Positions 36,754 to 49,300 of a DNA stretch of 64,000 nt are shown piece by piece; the first letter of the stretch is position 1; every line of letters starts with the position of its first letter. The translations under genes were made by a program, and so were the position numbers. The DNA is taken from contig CM119266.1 of assembly GCA_051294375.1 (NCBI GenBank), forward strand, positions 2,845,812-2,909,811, in the 5' to 3' direction. The notes under the pieces are model-generated. The model saw only the letters and a program-made list of their open reading frames with translations. It was not told where the DNA came from and did no database searches. The stretch comes from Paraspadella gotoi. Its lineage: Eukaryota; Animalia; Chaetognatha.

Positions 36754-39700
36754 ATTGATTAATTGATTGATTGGTTATGCTGAAAGCTCTTAAATTAGTA
36801 AAGGATTTTTCTTATTTGGATTATGAGACTATTCATTCTTTGGCTTTGATTTTCCATCTTTTTTTATTAGATTTAATTCTGTTCATTACTTGTATTTCTG
36901 CCAAAGATTCTTTCTATCATTCAATCTCTTTCTCTCTCTCCTTTTCTTCTAATTAATTTCAACCTTACACAGTGACATCCAAATGTGTGACCTTTTGAGT
37001 CTCTTTCTTGTTTTTCTTTTTCTTTAAAGCTTTACTAATAATTAACTTTTTATGGATTGATGGATTGATGGATACTCATTGATGAATTATTTTTTTTTAT
37101 ATTCATAAGTTTAAATTCATCTATTTGTTACCCTAAAAGTTTTCAAATATATTTTTTATTCTATTAAAGATCATGCGTTAGATTTCTTAAAATTTTAAAA
37201 ATACTCCGTTATAAAAAGCTTAAAATGCAATAATCTCATTTGCATATTGCAGTAAAAAGAAATATCTTTAAAAAAAAATACATATTATATAATTTTTTCT
37301 TCAGGTTTAAAACGCTTATAACTATATGTGGTTATTATGATTCAAAAGGTTATTAAGAAAAAATTATTTTTTTTTACAAAAAAAAATGAATTTGAAAAAA
37401 AGTACTTTGTCAAAATGAAAAAAAGATAGATGTGAAAACAGAATCCCAGCCAGAAATTCAGAAATTGACAAAAATTGATTGAAATGACTTTTTATGCAAT
37501 GGCAAAGTTTAGTTCCAATAATATTTATGGGTAATGGATTTTTAAATTATTCACTGTATTTTACTGTATCTCGATAGCCTGTAGCAATTTTGCATAGATT
37601 TTTTAGGATAATTTCTGTAAAGACTCGGGGAATAAAAAAAAATATTCAGATGGGCTGAAATCAATAATATTTTTTTTCGCCTCGGTGGAACTCTCTTTCA
37701 GCTTTTAGCTTGCATTGCGTCTTAACCACTTTACTGAGTTAGGCTACTGTTATCCTAATCTCTCTTTTTCACTCTTACCACTTCATTCCCCAGTCACCCC
37801 CTCAGCCTTCTCTTTGCGGCATTCGCCTTGATTTGGAGGAAGAGGGCGCCCAGCGGCTCGATGCAGCGGCGTCGGCTTTGACTCTTCAGTTGGCGACGGT
37901 CAGGCGGCGCCTCGACGATTCCGACGCCACGGAGAGCAGTTCCGGCGGGGAGAGCGAAGAGGAAGCCGAATACGACGCCGAACTCAATCAGCACTACAAA
38001 TCCGTTCCATTGTGAGTTCATGGTTAAGATTGATTGTGATGACATTATTAATTAAAAATTAGTTCTAATATAATTGCTTCAACACGAGATGACATAAGGA
38101 AAAAACTTGGATATGAAAAAGCTGTGAAAGTAACCTTGTGTAACTTATCACTCAACTGATTTTTCGTTACTTTTAAAAGATAGTTTTTCCATATAGTTTC
38201 CCTACTTATTTTAATTTGATTTAGGTTAGAAATGATTGACACCTATCCCTACAGATATTTGATGCTAATTTCATATTATAAATATTTTATAATACGGAAA
38301 AGTCATACTCTTCTTGATTAAAATTTATTAGTTCTCATCAGATTTTTTGTACCAACTTTGACGTCCTATAACTTTCGAACGCTTTGATTGATTTTAATAG
38401 GATTGGGACCAATCGCCTCATCTTTCAATAAGCTTTGTTTTATTTTTCTCTTAGCCTTCTGACTAAAGTCTATCTGAAAAGACGAGGTGACGCGTGTGAC
38501 TAGTGTCGTAAAAGGTCTTTTGTGGATGGTAGGAAGCCTGTGGTCTACATGGTGGCCTATTTATATCTCTGAATTAAGTGAAAAGGTGAACCTAAAAAAA
38601 AACAAAGCAAAATAGCAACCGACAATATCTAGTATATTTTACTATGGGTTCATTTCCAATTATTTATAATTTCTGATCTTTGCGTAAGTGGGAAATGTAA
38701 ACTATGAGGACCTGTCTTTTGGTTGATATTTCTGTTCCGCTATGGTCTTATTATTCTCGGATTTTATGAGTTAATTCGCCTTGAAATAAAATTTGTATTT
38801 TTCATACTTTCTCTAATCTCTAGTGACGGATATCTTTTAACATTTTTTCTTCCCCAAGGCTAAAGTCTAAACTTATATAAAAAAATTTAATTCAAAAAAT
38901 CATCTTCCCTTTCATTCCGACGACTTTGCTAAAACAACTTGGAACGTATTAAAGGCGGCGGGGCCGAGTATTGCGTGTTCCCCAAACTCCGTCTTTGCTT
39001 CTGTCCTTCTTTCCTTTTTTCGTGCCCTCGTGTCCTCCTGTTCCTTTGATGAAAGTAAAGTTTCTTTTTGTCCGATTGTATAAGAAGGGAAATTACGACT
39101 GCGGCCTGATTGATCGAGAAAAAAAATAACTTTGTCAAGTTTTAATAATACCGAGAGGAAATCCTTTTTTTTTTAGCGAAATTTTTATTGCTTACTGAGG
39201 TGTTAAATGTTACGGTTGAAATGTCTATGATGATGAAATTGTGATTGAAGAATATATATCAACTTTTGTTTCGTTGTTTGTGTTTTTTATTTTCAGAGCG
39301 GAAGCTGACGGGAAGTCATATGATTATAGAATATAGATTTAATGATTACGACACAATACACTAAAGGAATCTAATATAAACATAGTAAAAATTTATAAGT
39401 GTATTCAAAATGAAAACGATTCTCCAAGAAGTATTTAGGCTCTTTGTCAATAGTCAATTGTCATTTTGATTTTGTTTAAAAGTATTTTGATTTAACTTTA
39501 TTAGGTATCGACGTCCAACGTGGAAATGGGCAAAGGACCGGGCGGCGGTGGCGGCGAGATGGACGTGGCTGCACGCGCAGGTGTCCGACCTCGAATACCG
39601 CATCCGCCAAATGTCCGACCTCTACCGGAGCATTCGCGCCAACAAAGGAGCCGTCGTCCTCGAAACTCCGCAGCACAACGCGGCTTTGTCCGCTCTTCCT

Positions 39701-42700
39701 GATTTGGTGATTTATTTATTACTATTTATTCTTACTTTAGAATTTAGTCTGTATCTTTGTAATTTGGTACTCCAATGGTTTAAAATTTTTCTAATTTTAC
39801 CTTATGTTATAAGGTTAGGAGAGTGTCGTCAGAAAACGTATGATGTTATCTTTTAGTTTTATTATTAAGCAATAAGCATAATGACTTCATTTTCATATCC
39901 TAACATTTTTTTCAGTCCAACTCCAACCGTCAAACCCTCTCCGTGGACTCGTCTCGTTCCGGTCCGTCGTCTTCGTCCTCGTCGTCGTCCCCGTTCCCTG
40001 CCTCGTCCTCTTCTATTTCGTCCACTCATTCTAGTCTGGACCGACGCGAATCCTCCGCCTCCATTTCGGGTCCTGGGAGGCCATCGCCACCGGTGCCGGC
40101 AGTGCCCCCTCCAGGGACGCCCCATCTCCAGTCCGACGCCAGCAACAAATGTGATGAAACCTTTTCCGCCTCTTCCTCCTCAGCTTCCTCTTCCTCCTCC
40201 TGCGCCATCGATCCTACTTGCATAGCCGCCAGGTGCCGCCCTGTGAAGTCCTACCGGCGCCGCAAACTGCTCCGAATGACAGGCCTGCATCACGTCGCGC
40301 GTAAGGCTGCGCGGCCCGTCACTCTCAGTTGCGGTTGTTGGCCGCCCTCGCCCACACACCTTGGCGGACACACGTACAGGTAGAATGGTTGCCAAATTAG
40401 AAGTCGACGGGATTTGCTTTTAGAAACATGCCTTTTCTTTCTTTTGTATTCTCTCACGATGTATATGGCAACTAATAATTGCATAATTTTTAAAACTTTC
40501 TCTTCATCCCATGGTTAATAAGTTAGTCAATTCCTAGCAGTCAGTTTTTCAGCTCATCTCCACCTCATTTTCTTCCCATCCATTCCCCTAACAACAGCAC
40601 CTGCTGCGCCATCTGCACCGGCCGTGCCCACGTGGTCCAGCCCCTCGACGCCGAGGCGCAGTCCTTTTCGGAGCGGTTGGCCATTCTCGATCCCTCCTTC
40701 CATCCCGTTCTTTCCTTTCCGCAAGACATTCCGCTCGACGCCCAACTCGAGTCCATCCTTAAGTCGGGCAAATTGCAGTCTCCGTCGCTCGACGCCGATT
40801 TCCCCGGCAGCAACAACAACAACAAAAAAACCTCGCCGACGTCGGCGTCTTCGAACTCCGTCGTCGGAACCAAAACGTCCGACTCATCGGCGAAGGGGAC
40901 CAAAAGAGACCGACAAAAGGCTTCGAAGATGAAGAAGCAAATGGCGGTGGCGGGGTCGGCTGCGGGGGAAAAGTTGGCGGGGAGCGAAGCGGATCACGGA
41001 AAAGCGGATCGAACTGTGGCCGGCGGCGGAGAAGCTTCGCGAGGTTGGACTTTCACTGACCCTCAAATTTAGTTAAATCGTTTGAGTTAAAATTTGAGCA
41101 ATTATTTCGTTAACAGAAATCTCCGACGTCCCGGTCGCCGGGGAAATTAAGCGCGAATCGCAATCGACGAAGACCATTTCCGCCGCAGAGATCAAACGAC
41201 AGAAACGACGCCTGGAAAGGCTCAACAAAAAAAGTACGAAGAGGCGTCGCTTATGTGACTTAAACGATGATGATGTGACTGATTTAACTTAACGACGAGT
41301 TCATTAATCATCTTTTTCATATTTTTTCTTTTTTCTATTTCATTCTCGATCCCTCAGACTTTCTTAAGAAAGTTCGCCGTGACAAACCGACAACTCCGTT
41401 GACGTTGTCCAACGTCTCGGCGTCCCAGTCAGGACACAATGGATTCCTGTTGGACGGAGCCGCCGCAGCCTCTCGTCTCTTCTCGGAAACCGGAAGTCGA
41501 ACGTCGTCGCGGGCCTCCTCGCCCGCTCCATCGCTAGGCGAGACGCCATCCACGCCCACCGGTCCTTTGTCTCAGGTTGGTGACCGACCGTTTATTCTCT
41601 TAGGCTTAGGAAAATTCGTATTTACGTTGGATATAAACGAGGAAAAGATTAAAAACTTTTATTTTCCGAAGATAAGCAAGGGAATAACAACAAAAATAAT
41701 TTTGTGTCTTAATATGAGGAAAATTATTCATCATTAATATTAATTTCTTCTTTCAGAGTGCGCCTTCCTCGACGTTGAAGGAGAAGATCAAGAAGCACAG
41801 TCAACGCGAAGGTAGTCGAGCCTACGACATCAACAACATCGTCATTCCTTACAGCATGGCTTCCTCGACGAGAGTGGAGAAGCTGCAGTATAAGGAGATC
41901 ATCACTCCGAGGTAATTATTATTAAAAGTATTGGTCGCGATTGACGCTCTTTATTTTTAATTCTTAGCTAATTTTTTTGTTTCGCTTTACAATAAAGTTG
42001 GCGAACGTTGGAGGCGGGCGATGAGAAGGAGGATCCCAATTCGGCGATGTCGTCGCACTTCATTTGTTCGGAGGAAGTTCTGCCGCCGTCGCCTTCGCAG
42101 TCGCCCGTCCCGAAGTTGCCGAGATCTTCGGGTAAAAAGAAAAAAATCCATCTTCTAGAATCGACTCGATTCTTATTCTTTTATTTTCCCATTTGTGTTC
42201 TATAGGGACCTCTGGTTCCACGGGAAACATTCCTGTTCAACTTGCGTCAGATCTCACTAACTCGGTAAGCGATGTTTTACGCGTGACATAATTGATAATG
42301 TCGGAGTTAAAGATTTCGCGCTTACAGTCAACCCGAGATCGCGCTTCCTAAAGAAGAAAAAATAAATTTCTCTATTTTCATTCTTTGACCAAATTTCGTC
42401 TCGCGACCTTTTTTTCTGCAGCCATCTTCAAAAATTCCACACCAGCTGCCTCCGACGCGACCTCGCGCTAACAGCGTCACCGACGTGACCGCCTTGAAAG
42501 GAGCCGCCGCGTCCCGTTCCACCACGCCCACTTCTGGCGCCACGATGTCCCTTGCGTTGAAAGACGTTTCGAACGAGGCGGCCGTCACCGCCGAGAGTCT
42601 AGTCCCGCCCAAAACGCGCTCCACCTCGAGGCGAGACGGTTCTAAGTCCAATTTGGTCGTCAGGATAGTCAACGAGGACGAGGAGGAGGTGAGTTACACT

Positions 42701-44462
42701 AATAATAGACCCAAATCAAAGATTAATATTATAAGTCTATAGATATTAATGTGTTCAATGTTTGACGGGTTTTTATTCGATTTTTAGATCGAGGATTTGA
42801 GTGACGAAGCCGTCTTCAGGCGTCATCAACGTTACGAGTTTCAAGAAAAGAAGAGATACACCAACTTTCTGCTGGTAAATAGTCATTTTTTCAAGATTAG
42901 CGATCTTAACCATGAATAAATATTTTGCTATGTAATGACAAAAAGTCATTTGCCGTTGGCTGTCTACCAAATATTTTAGAACATTGTGCAATGCTGAAAG
43001 TTAATTCTAATGAAAACAAATTTTCACTGGTTTGGTTCAAATTCGTTGAAAAAAATCGGGTTTTGAACATTTTCCTCTCTTCCAGCCCGGTCGTCGGGGC
43101 CCTCGGTCAACGCGCTCGGACAGCGGGACCAACACCCCCGATCCAACCTCCCCCGATTCGGCCCTTCATCATTTCGGCCAATCGGATTCGCAAGACTCCA
43201 ACTACGACAAGTAAGTATATCGTGAAAAAATAGTTTGGCAAACAATGTGCTTGATGCAACCGTTTCGAGATTATTCTATTATTAGAAAAGACTTAAAGAG
43301 CGTTTTTCTTCAAACGTTTTTACCCTTTTTTCCGTAAATTTTATATTATCGAATAAAATTATATACAACTCAGCGCGATGGATGTTCCGTCTCCGGCGGC
43401 GGCCCCTTCTCCCGGACCCTCGTACGACGATCGCGCCCTCGACGGGTTTCCTTCTGCCGCCGCTGTACTCGCCACCATCGGACCTCAAGTGCCTGCCAAT
43501 CATCCCAAGTCCAAACGTCGCCCATCGGTTCCCCGTCGCGACCGAAACTTCTCCTCGGGCAGCGTCGGCGGCGTCGGCGGCGTCGGCGGCCCTTCCTCCG
43601 CTACGACGCGACCTTTCAATGACCTCGACGGATTCTACAGCGACGCAACCGACGACGATTACGACGCCGCCCTCTCCGGCGCCGAGGATCAAGTGACGTG
43701 GGAACCGCGAAGGTTTCCGCTCAACGAAAAAGACTTGGAGGAATTGGGAACGAACGGCGAACGACTTGATGATGACGACAACGACGACGTTGAGGACGAC
43801 GAAGAACAGTGGAGGACGGACGAAGCCCGCGTCCCCGCCGAAGTCAAGGGCGTCGCCAGGGGAAGGTTCTCTTCGGAGACGTCCGCTGATCGGAAAGTGG
43901 CGGGGGTGACATCTGCGGCAGAAGCGGAGAGATCAAGGAGCGCCTCCGTTGAACCAGCGTCCACGTCGAATGCCGACCCCGTTGCTTTCAGTCAAAATGG
44001 TGACGGGAGGATCGCACCGCCCTTGACGCCCAGTTCCACCTCCGGTGAGTGGGGCGTCGGTAAGTTGCCCTTTATATTTTTTCTGTTTTATTTTATTCTT
44101 TTTCTTTCTTTGTTTGTTCTTCGTTTTGATTTGATTTCGCATTTTTTATATATTTTTAATTTTTAAATTTCACTCCCCCTCCCCCAGTCGAGGACGAAGA
44201 GGAATTGGATGACGACGACGCCAACGACCCCGAGTGGCGAATGGAGGACGATGACGACGACGACAGCGTCAAGAAGAAGCTCAAGACTCAGGAAGCGGAG
44301 GACGAGGCGGCGCCGAGTCGGAAACCGGAATCGCCCTCCGGTGCCGGAAAGTTGAAGCGTTTGAAGCAGCGGAAGGAGGGGAAGAGGGAGAAAGACCGGG
44401 CGAGGGAGAAGAAAAGCAAAAAGAAAAACGCCTTCGGTCTCAAACTTTCGAGCAAAAGATAA
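31311..44462 (+). CDS. KANSL1: KAT8 regulatory NSL complex subunit 1 (NSL1, PEHE domain); about 14 exons
   Basis: MAPA start; [13 protein letters not shown]; [28 protein letters not shown]; WIN motif CIAARCRP; HPVLSFP; [32 protein letters not shown]; PEHE motif [24 protein letters not shown]. Confidence 0.92.
33285..33690 (+). repeat. Dispersed AT-rich DNA-transposon-like repeat; related copies about 51160-51400 (inverted) and about 58740-59210
   Basis: Colinear similarity of 33420-33660 with 58780-59020 (ATAGAGCAT.AAAAGTTA.ATAA..GATGATGATGATT..CAAGCT); shared GGCGGG(T/C)C terminus. Confidence 0.55.
33718..33920. mobile_element. MITE with 24-bp GG-initiated TIRs, 8-bp TSD and internal TTAGGG-like repeats (Merlin-like); partial copy about 56647-56775
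   Basis: ATATTAAA|GGGTTACTTTTACTTTCGCCGACC...GGTCGGCGAAAGTAAAATTTAGCC|ATATTAAA. Confidence 0.8.
33945..34221 (+). mobile_element. Solo LTR-like unit (277 bp) with 4-bp TSD and internal tRNA-like domain
   Basis: GGAG|TGTAGT...ATCCACA|GGAG; A-box-like TGGCTCATTGAG at 34008-34019; second, 3'-truncated copy at 36488-36686. Confidence 0.75.
34747..35505 (+). repeat. Diverged tandem duplication of a unit of about 375 bp
   Basis: CTGATGTCTTT..GGAGGGTAGTAGC..CTAAAAACATCAGATTGGA..TTGGTCAAATCAATTTTTT recurs at about 34747 and 35122, with a third start at about 35495. Confidence 0.75.
35511..36455 (-). mobile_element. Helentron-type (HINE/DINE-like) element with internal 18-20-bp minisatellite
   Basis: Reverse-complement homolog of 9837-10556; GGACGGAC microsatellite near 36307-36322; (TTTGGTCAACTGACATAA)n at about 35560-35760. 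Confidence 0.7.
36488..36686 (+). mobile_element. Truncated second copy of the tRNA-containing LTR-like unit
   Basis: Closely similar to 33945-34126; intact B-box GGTTCAATCCC at 36598-36608. Confidence 0.75.
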
Positions 44463-46382
44463 TCCCGACTCGAGATCCCTTGTTCACGTGCAGTCCGCGT
44501 GACTTTTGTTCGACGACAACTCCATCTACATCATCTACATCATCGACTACGAAAACAACAATAAAACTATTATGTTTCGTTTTATCATTTGGCCAACTCG
44601 CCGTTTTATCTCTACCTTTTTTACCCCGTCCCGTCCCGTCCCTTCTTTTATGAATGTAGCCCCATGCCCTCCCTTCCAGTCTTACCCTTCGTTGTTGAAG
44701 AATATCGTAACGCCTAAATGCAATGATTAACTATTTTTAATTATTATTATTATTATTATTATTATGATTATCAGTAAACATTTTTTATAGATTTTCGTTT
44801 CGGTTCTTCGACAATCGTTGTCAGCCTGGGATATTCCCCCTTTGTACTTTGGTGTTCGAATTTTACGGAGGTGTTAACGTAACGGTATCCATTCATAACT
44901 AGTAGTGCATGTATCTTTTTTCGTCGGTCTATCTTACCCGTCATCAAACGTATCGTGCCGTTTTATTTTTCGCTGATAATGAAGGTAAATATTAACTCCG
45001 GTTTTAAACGCTAACTATTAGTCAAAACGTTTATCACACTTTTTTTTTGTTTCAAATTTGGGTTTGTGCTGAAAATTCTTTAAATTCGTCCAAATTGTCT
45101 CCATGCCGTGTGCGGGAGTGTATTGTAACGTTGCGTTTATAACAAGATCAACGGTTTTATTAATAGGGTCCCTATGTTTTTGGTGCAGTTATCACTTCAA
45201 GTATAATAGACACTGTCACTACTATTATGAATCAATTCCCCTTTTCTGAAAAAAAAAAACATTATTAGATTCCAATTTGTCTATTGCATCGCTTTCTAGT
45301 GGAAATACTTTTCATCATAACGGAAAAGAAATTATGGCATTATTACTGTTATTAAAATTATTGTGGGCTAAGTGATCTCAATTTAAATTTATTTTCTCCT
45401 TCGCGCGGATAAGAAAATCTCAGTTTAATTTTTTCAGATTCCTATAAAACTAGCTAGTTTATTCCGTTCGGTTGTCTCGTTTTCAGAGACGCGTCTTCAC
45501 GATTCGACCTGCGCCCTTTCTTTTACCTTTCTTAACCCCCCCCCCCTCGATCGACCACCGAATTCAACTTCTGGTCTCTCTCTCTCGCTCTCTCTCGCTT
45601 TCTCCCGCTTTCTCCGTATCTCGTGGCTTGTCGCGATCGCCCTCGAGCAAAGATTCGCATTTTCTCTGTTTCAATTTCGTTATCTTTTCTCGCACTCTCG
45701 CTCCTCTTCTCGTTTCTCCTGGTCAAGGGATGAAAAATTCGTAATCAACATAACCGTTGCGGGCGCTGGCCGCCTCCTCCATCTCCATCCTGCACCCCCC
45801 CCCCTCTTCTTGGTACGTTTCGCTTTCGGACGGCATTCGTAGACGCGGCAGTTGTTTTCTCTCTTGCGGAACGCTAACCCATATCTCTCTCTCTCTCTCT
45901 CTCGCTTCTCTCACTCTCCGCCGCAGTCCTGCAGCGCCGCGGCTTCCCTCCTTTCCTCTTCCTCCTCCTCCGTTGCCCCTCCTCCTCCGCCTCTTCCTCC
46001 CCGACCCGATTTCCACCAATCAGCATCCGAATCGAAGATCCTTTTCAAAGAATCCCGCCCGGTCTCTCGAGGTGCGACGGTACTTGGAACGAGCCAGAAG
46101 CGTGGCTGTATATAGGGCTATTTCCCAACACGATCGCAATCACCAGTGCGAATTCGATCGTCGGACTCTCCACCAAAAATAACGATTCAAACCCACAACG
46201 TCAAAACTCTTCGTCGGAAATGATAAATATCGCGTGAGACATCGCCCGCCGACCGTTGCCGAATTTTCCTTCTCTCCTTTCTGCGTCGTTTGCTTCTCTG
46301 GAGAAAGAGAGAGAGAGAGAAAGAGACTAATCTTGAGAATAAAAACCCAGAAATGACGTCAGTGTATTCGTGATCTTCTGTA

Positions 46383-49300
46383 ATGGCGGCGTTAGAAAGA
46401 TGGATATTTTCCAAGGAACAATTGAAAAATACGCCCAGTCAGCGGGCTGGGATATCGGCGGAGACGGAGCTGAACCAAAGACAACAAGCCGCTCAATTCA
46501 TCCAAGACATGGGGCAACGTCTTTCAGTGTAAGTCACTCGAAAACGCGACTCTTTTCGCGTCCCAATGAAAACATGTGCTTTTTTTTTCGCCTGAACGGA
46601 GGGGAGCACGCGTGATCCGCGTGGAAGGGTGACGTTTGAGGTGGGGCCTGTTGAGTTCAGTGGGACCATAACTGACCATCAAGCTGGTTTGGCCGATAAA
46701 TTGCGTTTCGTTATGAAACCGGATTTCACCGACCACCTCATTTCTGATAAATGTGGCCCTTGTTGTCGCATATTCGCGGGGCGGGTTAATCATTAGACAT
46801 TAGAATAAAATTATTTTGTTGAGTAAAGATAAGCATGAGCGTAATAAATAACATTATGAATATGTAAAACTGAGTTAAGTATAACCGCTTTATAAAAGCT
46901 GCCGTGATTACCGAGTTATTTTACCAAATGATCAAGCAATTTAGACATATTTTAAATGGGCAACTAAATTCAGAGTACAAAAATTCATGAATTGTAGTAT
47001 ATAATTAACAGTATAGTATATAAAAATATACGTGCGAATTGCGTATGTATTTAGCGTTTTCGAGGATATTTTTAAAAATTTGCTTCCTTTCAGAAATCAA
47101 CTGTGTATCAACACGGCAATCGTTTACATGCACCGGTTTTATATGTATCAAGTCTTCACCGATGGAACCAAATCGGATCGACGATTCCATCGAACGGTGA
47201 GAGAAATTCACCTCATAAATTAAATTTATACATAATCTTCTGGATTTCTTCCCAATTAATAATTAATTTAAATTAATTTTTACAGGCGATCGCGGCCGCG
47301 GCGCTTTTTCTCGCCGCCAAAGTGGAGGAGCAGCCGCGAAAGCTGGAGCACGTGATCCGGGTTGCCTACGTCCTGTGCAACCGGAACTCCCAGCTCGATC
47401 CCTCCTCCGACTTGTACATGGAAAAGGCGCAGGAACTCGTCACTAACGAAAACATTATCCTCCAAACGCTGGGTAAGAGGGGAAACTTGTTCCGTTTGGT
47501 CTCCACATCTATGGCGGTCAACTGCAGTGTGTTTTTGTCTTTCCCGCTCATAGGTTTCGACGTCCAAATCGAGCATCCTCACAAGTCCGTCGTCAAGTGT
47601 TGCAATCTCGTCAAAGGTGCGTACGTAAAGAACCTTCGGTTCTCTTAATAATTAGGAAAGTAATAAATAGATTCGAAAGGTAGATATTTTGCAGTGTTTT
47701 ATGTGGAAAAAAAAACATATAAAACGATAAAAAAATATGCATTTGTCAAACTAAGTTGGTGATGGGTCCGGGAGAGAGAGAGAGAGACGGTTAAAAAGAA
47801 AAAAAACGAGTCGGACAATCGGGTATGAATGGACGGGCACTTTTGGCTAATCGCTAATCGCCCGCCCCGTTTGCCCCTTTTGTTGCCACGCCTACGTCGC
47901 CCGCCCGCCATCGCCGCGCTCGCCGACGGAATGGCTCCGCCAACACCCGTCCACCCCTTTACTCTCTCCTCTCTTTACACTAATAGCGAGCAAGGACTTG
48001 GCGCAAACGTCCTACTTCATGGCGACCAACAGGTTTAATTAATAGTTAGATTAATTTTTAACATTGTCTTGAGCGTCTGTATATCTAAATTATATTAAAT
48101 CACTGGATGGTGACTTTGTTGACCGCCGCGCTTCGTCTTCGGACGTCGCGCGGTCGCGATTCCTGAATATTTGGCTTGTCATGTCAGCTTTGGTCCCTCC
48201 GTCGCTTCGTAAGGCTCCAGTTGATGCCAGACGTAATTTCAGATGTAAATAAAAGACGTACGTTTATATTGAATGTGTGGACGCAAATGTTTCTTAAATA
48301 GATTTCGATGTTATGTAGTACAGAAGACTTCATATTATAAAAAGAGGCACCCCTTTTTTGTGACCAGAACACGTTCCGAGAAATCTACTAGACCAAATTT
48401 ATTGGAATTTTGATCCCTATGTAAATACAAATAAAACTATCGAGGCGAATTTCAATATTTGACCCCTGAGCCGAGATATGGGGAAAAAATGGTGAAATTT
48501 AAAAAAAATATCTTTTAATTATTTTTGTTTTGAACAGTTGCACTGACGTTTGCTCTTCCACCAAAATGTATTTATTACCTCAAAAATGTTAGTTTACTTT
48601 AATTTTCATCTTCATGAACATCAGCTGTTCAAGTCAGATTTGGAATAATTTGGGAAAATTAGAAGTAAAACGATGAACAATGCATGTTCAAACAATGCTT
48701 AATTATTAAAAAAATATCAATTTTAGTTTTAAAATGTTTTTTTACATGTTTAAGACGTCAATGCTACTAAAAATATTAGAATATAAAACAAAATTTGTGG
48801 CCCCCCAGGGGTTCAGCCCCAGGACCCTGTATCTCTTGTCAGGGGTTGAATATCAAAATTCGCCTCGATAGTTCCATTTATATTGTCATGAGGACTGTAT
48901 AGGTAAAATTTCATAAAATTCGATCGGGTAGTTTGGTGGGAACATATTCTGGTCACAAAAAAAGGGTACCTCATTTTATAATATGAAGCCTTCTGTAATC
49001 TGTATGTACTATATTTTTAAGTAGATAACTATAAAATTTATATTAATTTTTCTCCATCCCCTCAACCCTTTTTTCCTGTTTTTTATTTCCCTTCTTCGGT
49101 TTGTTTCCTTTTTCTTCTCTCTTATTATCCTTATCATTCTTCTCATTTGTCTTCCGTGTCCTTCTTTCTTTTCTCTCCCCTCTCTCTCTTACTCTCATAC
49201 TTCACCACCTCGTAGTCTGCACCTGACGACCTTCTGCCTTCAATACAAACCGACGGTAGTGGCTTGTGTCTGCATCCACCTGGCGTGCATGTGGTCCAAC

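Noticed and set aside
39297-39314. KANSL1 micro-exon after TTTCAG
   Set aside because: The flanking exons already join in frame (VPL|YRRPTWKW), and the donor is poor.
46529-47093. U12-type intron in cyclin T
   Set aside because: The donor is GTAAGT; no RTATCCTT donor was seen at any inferred junction.
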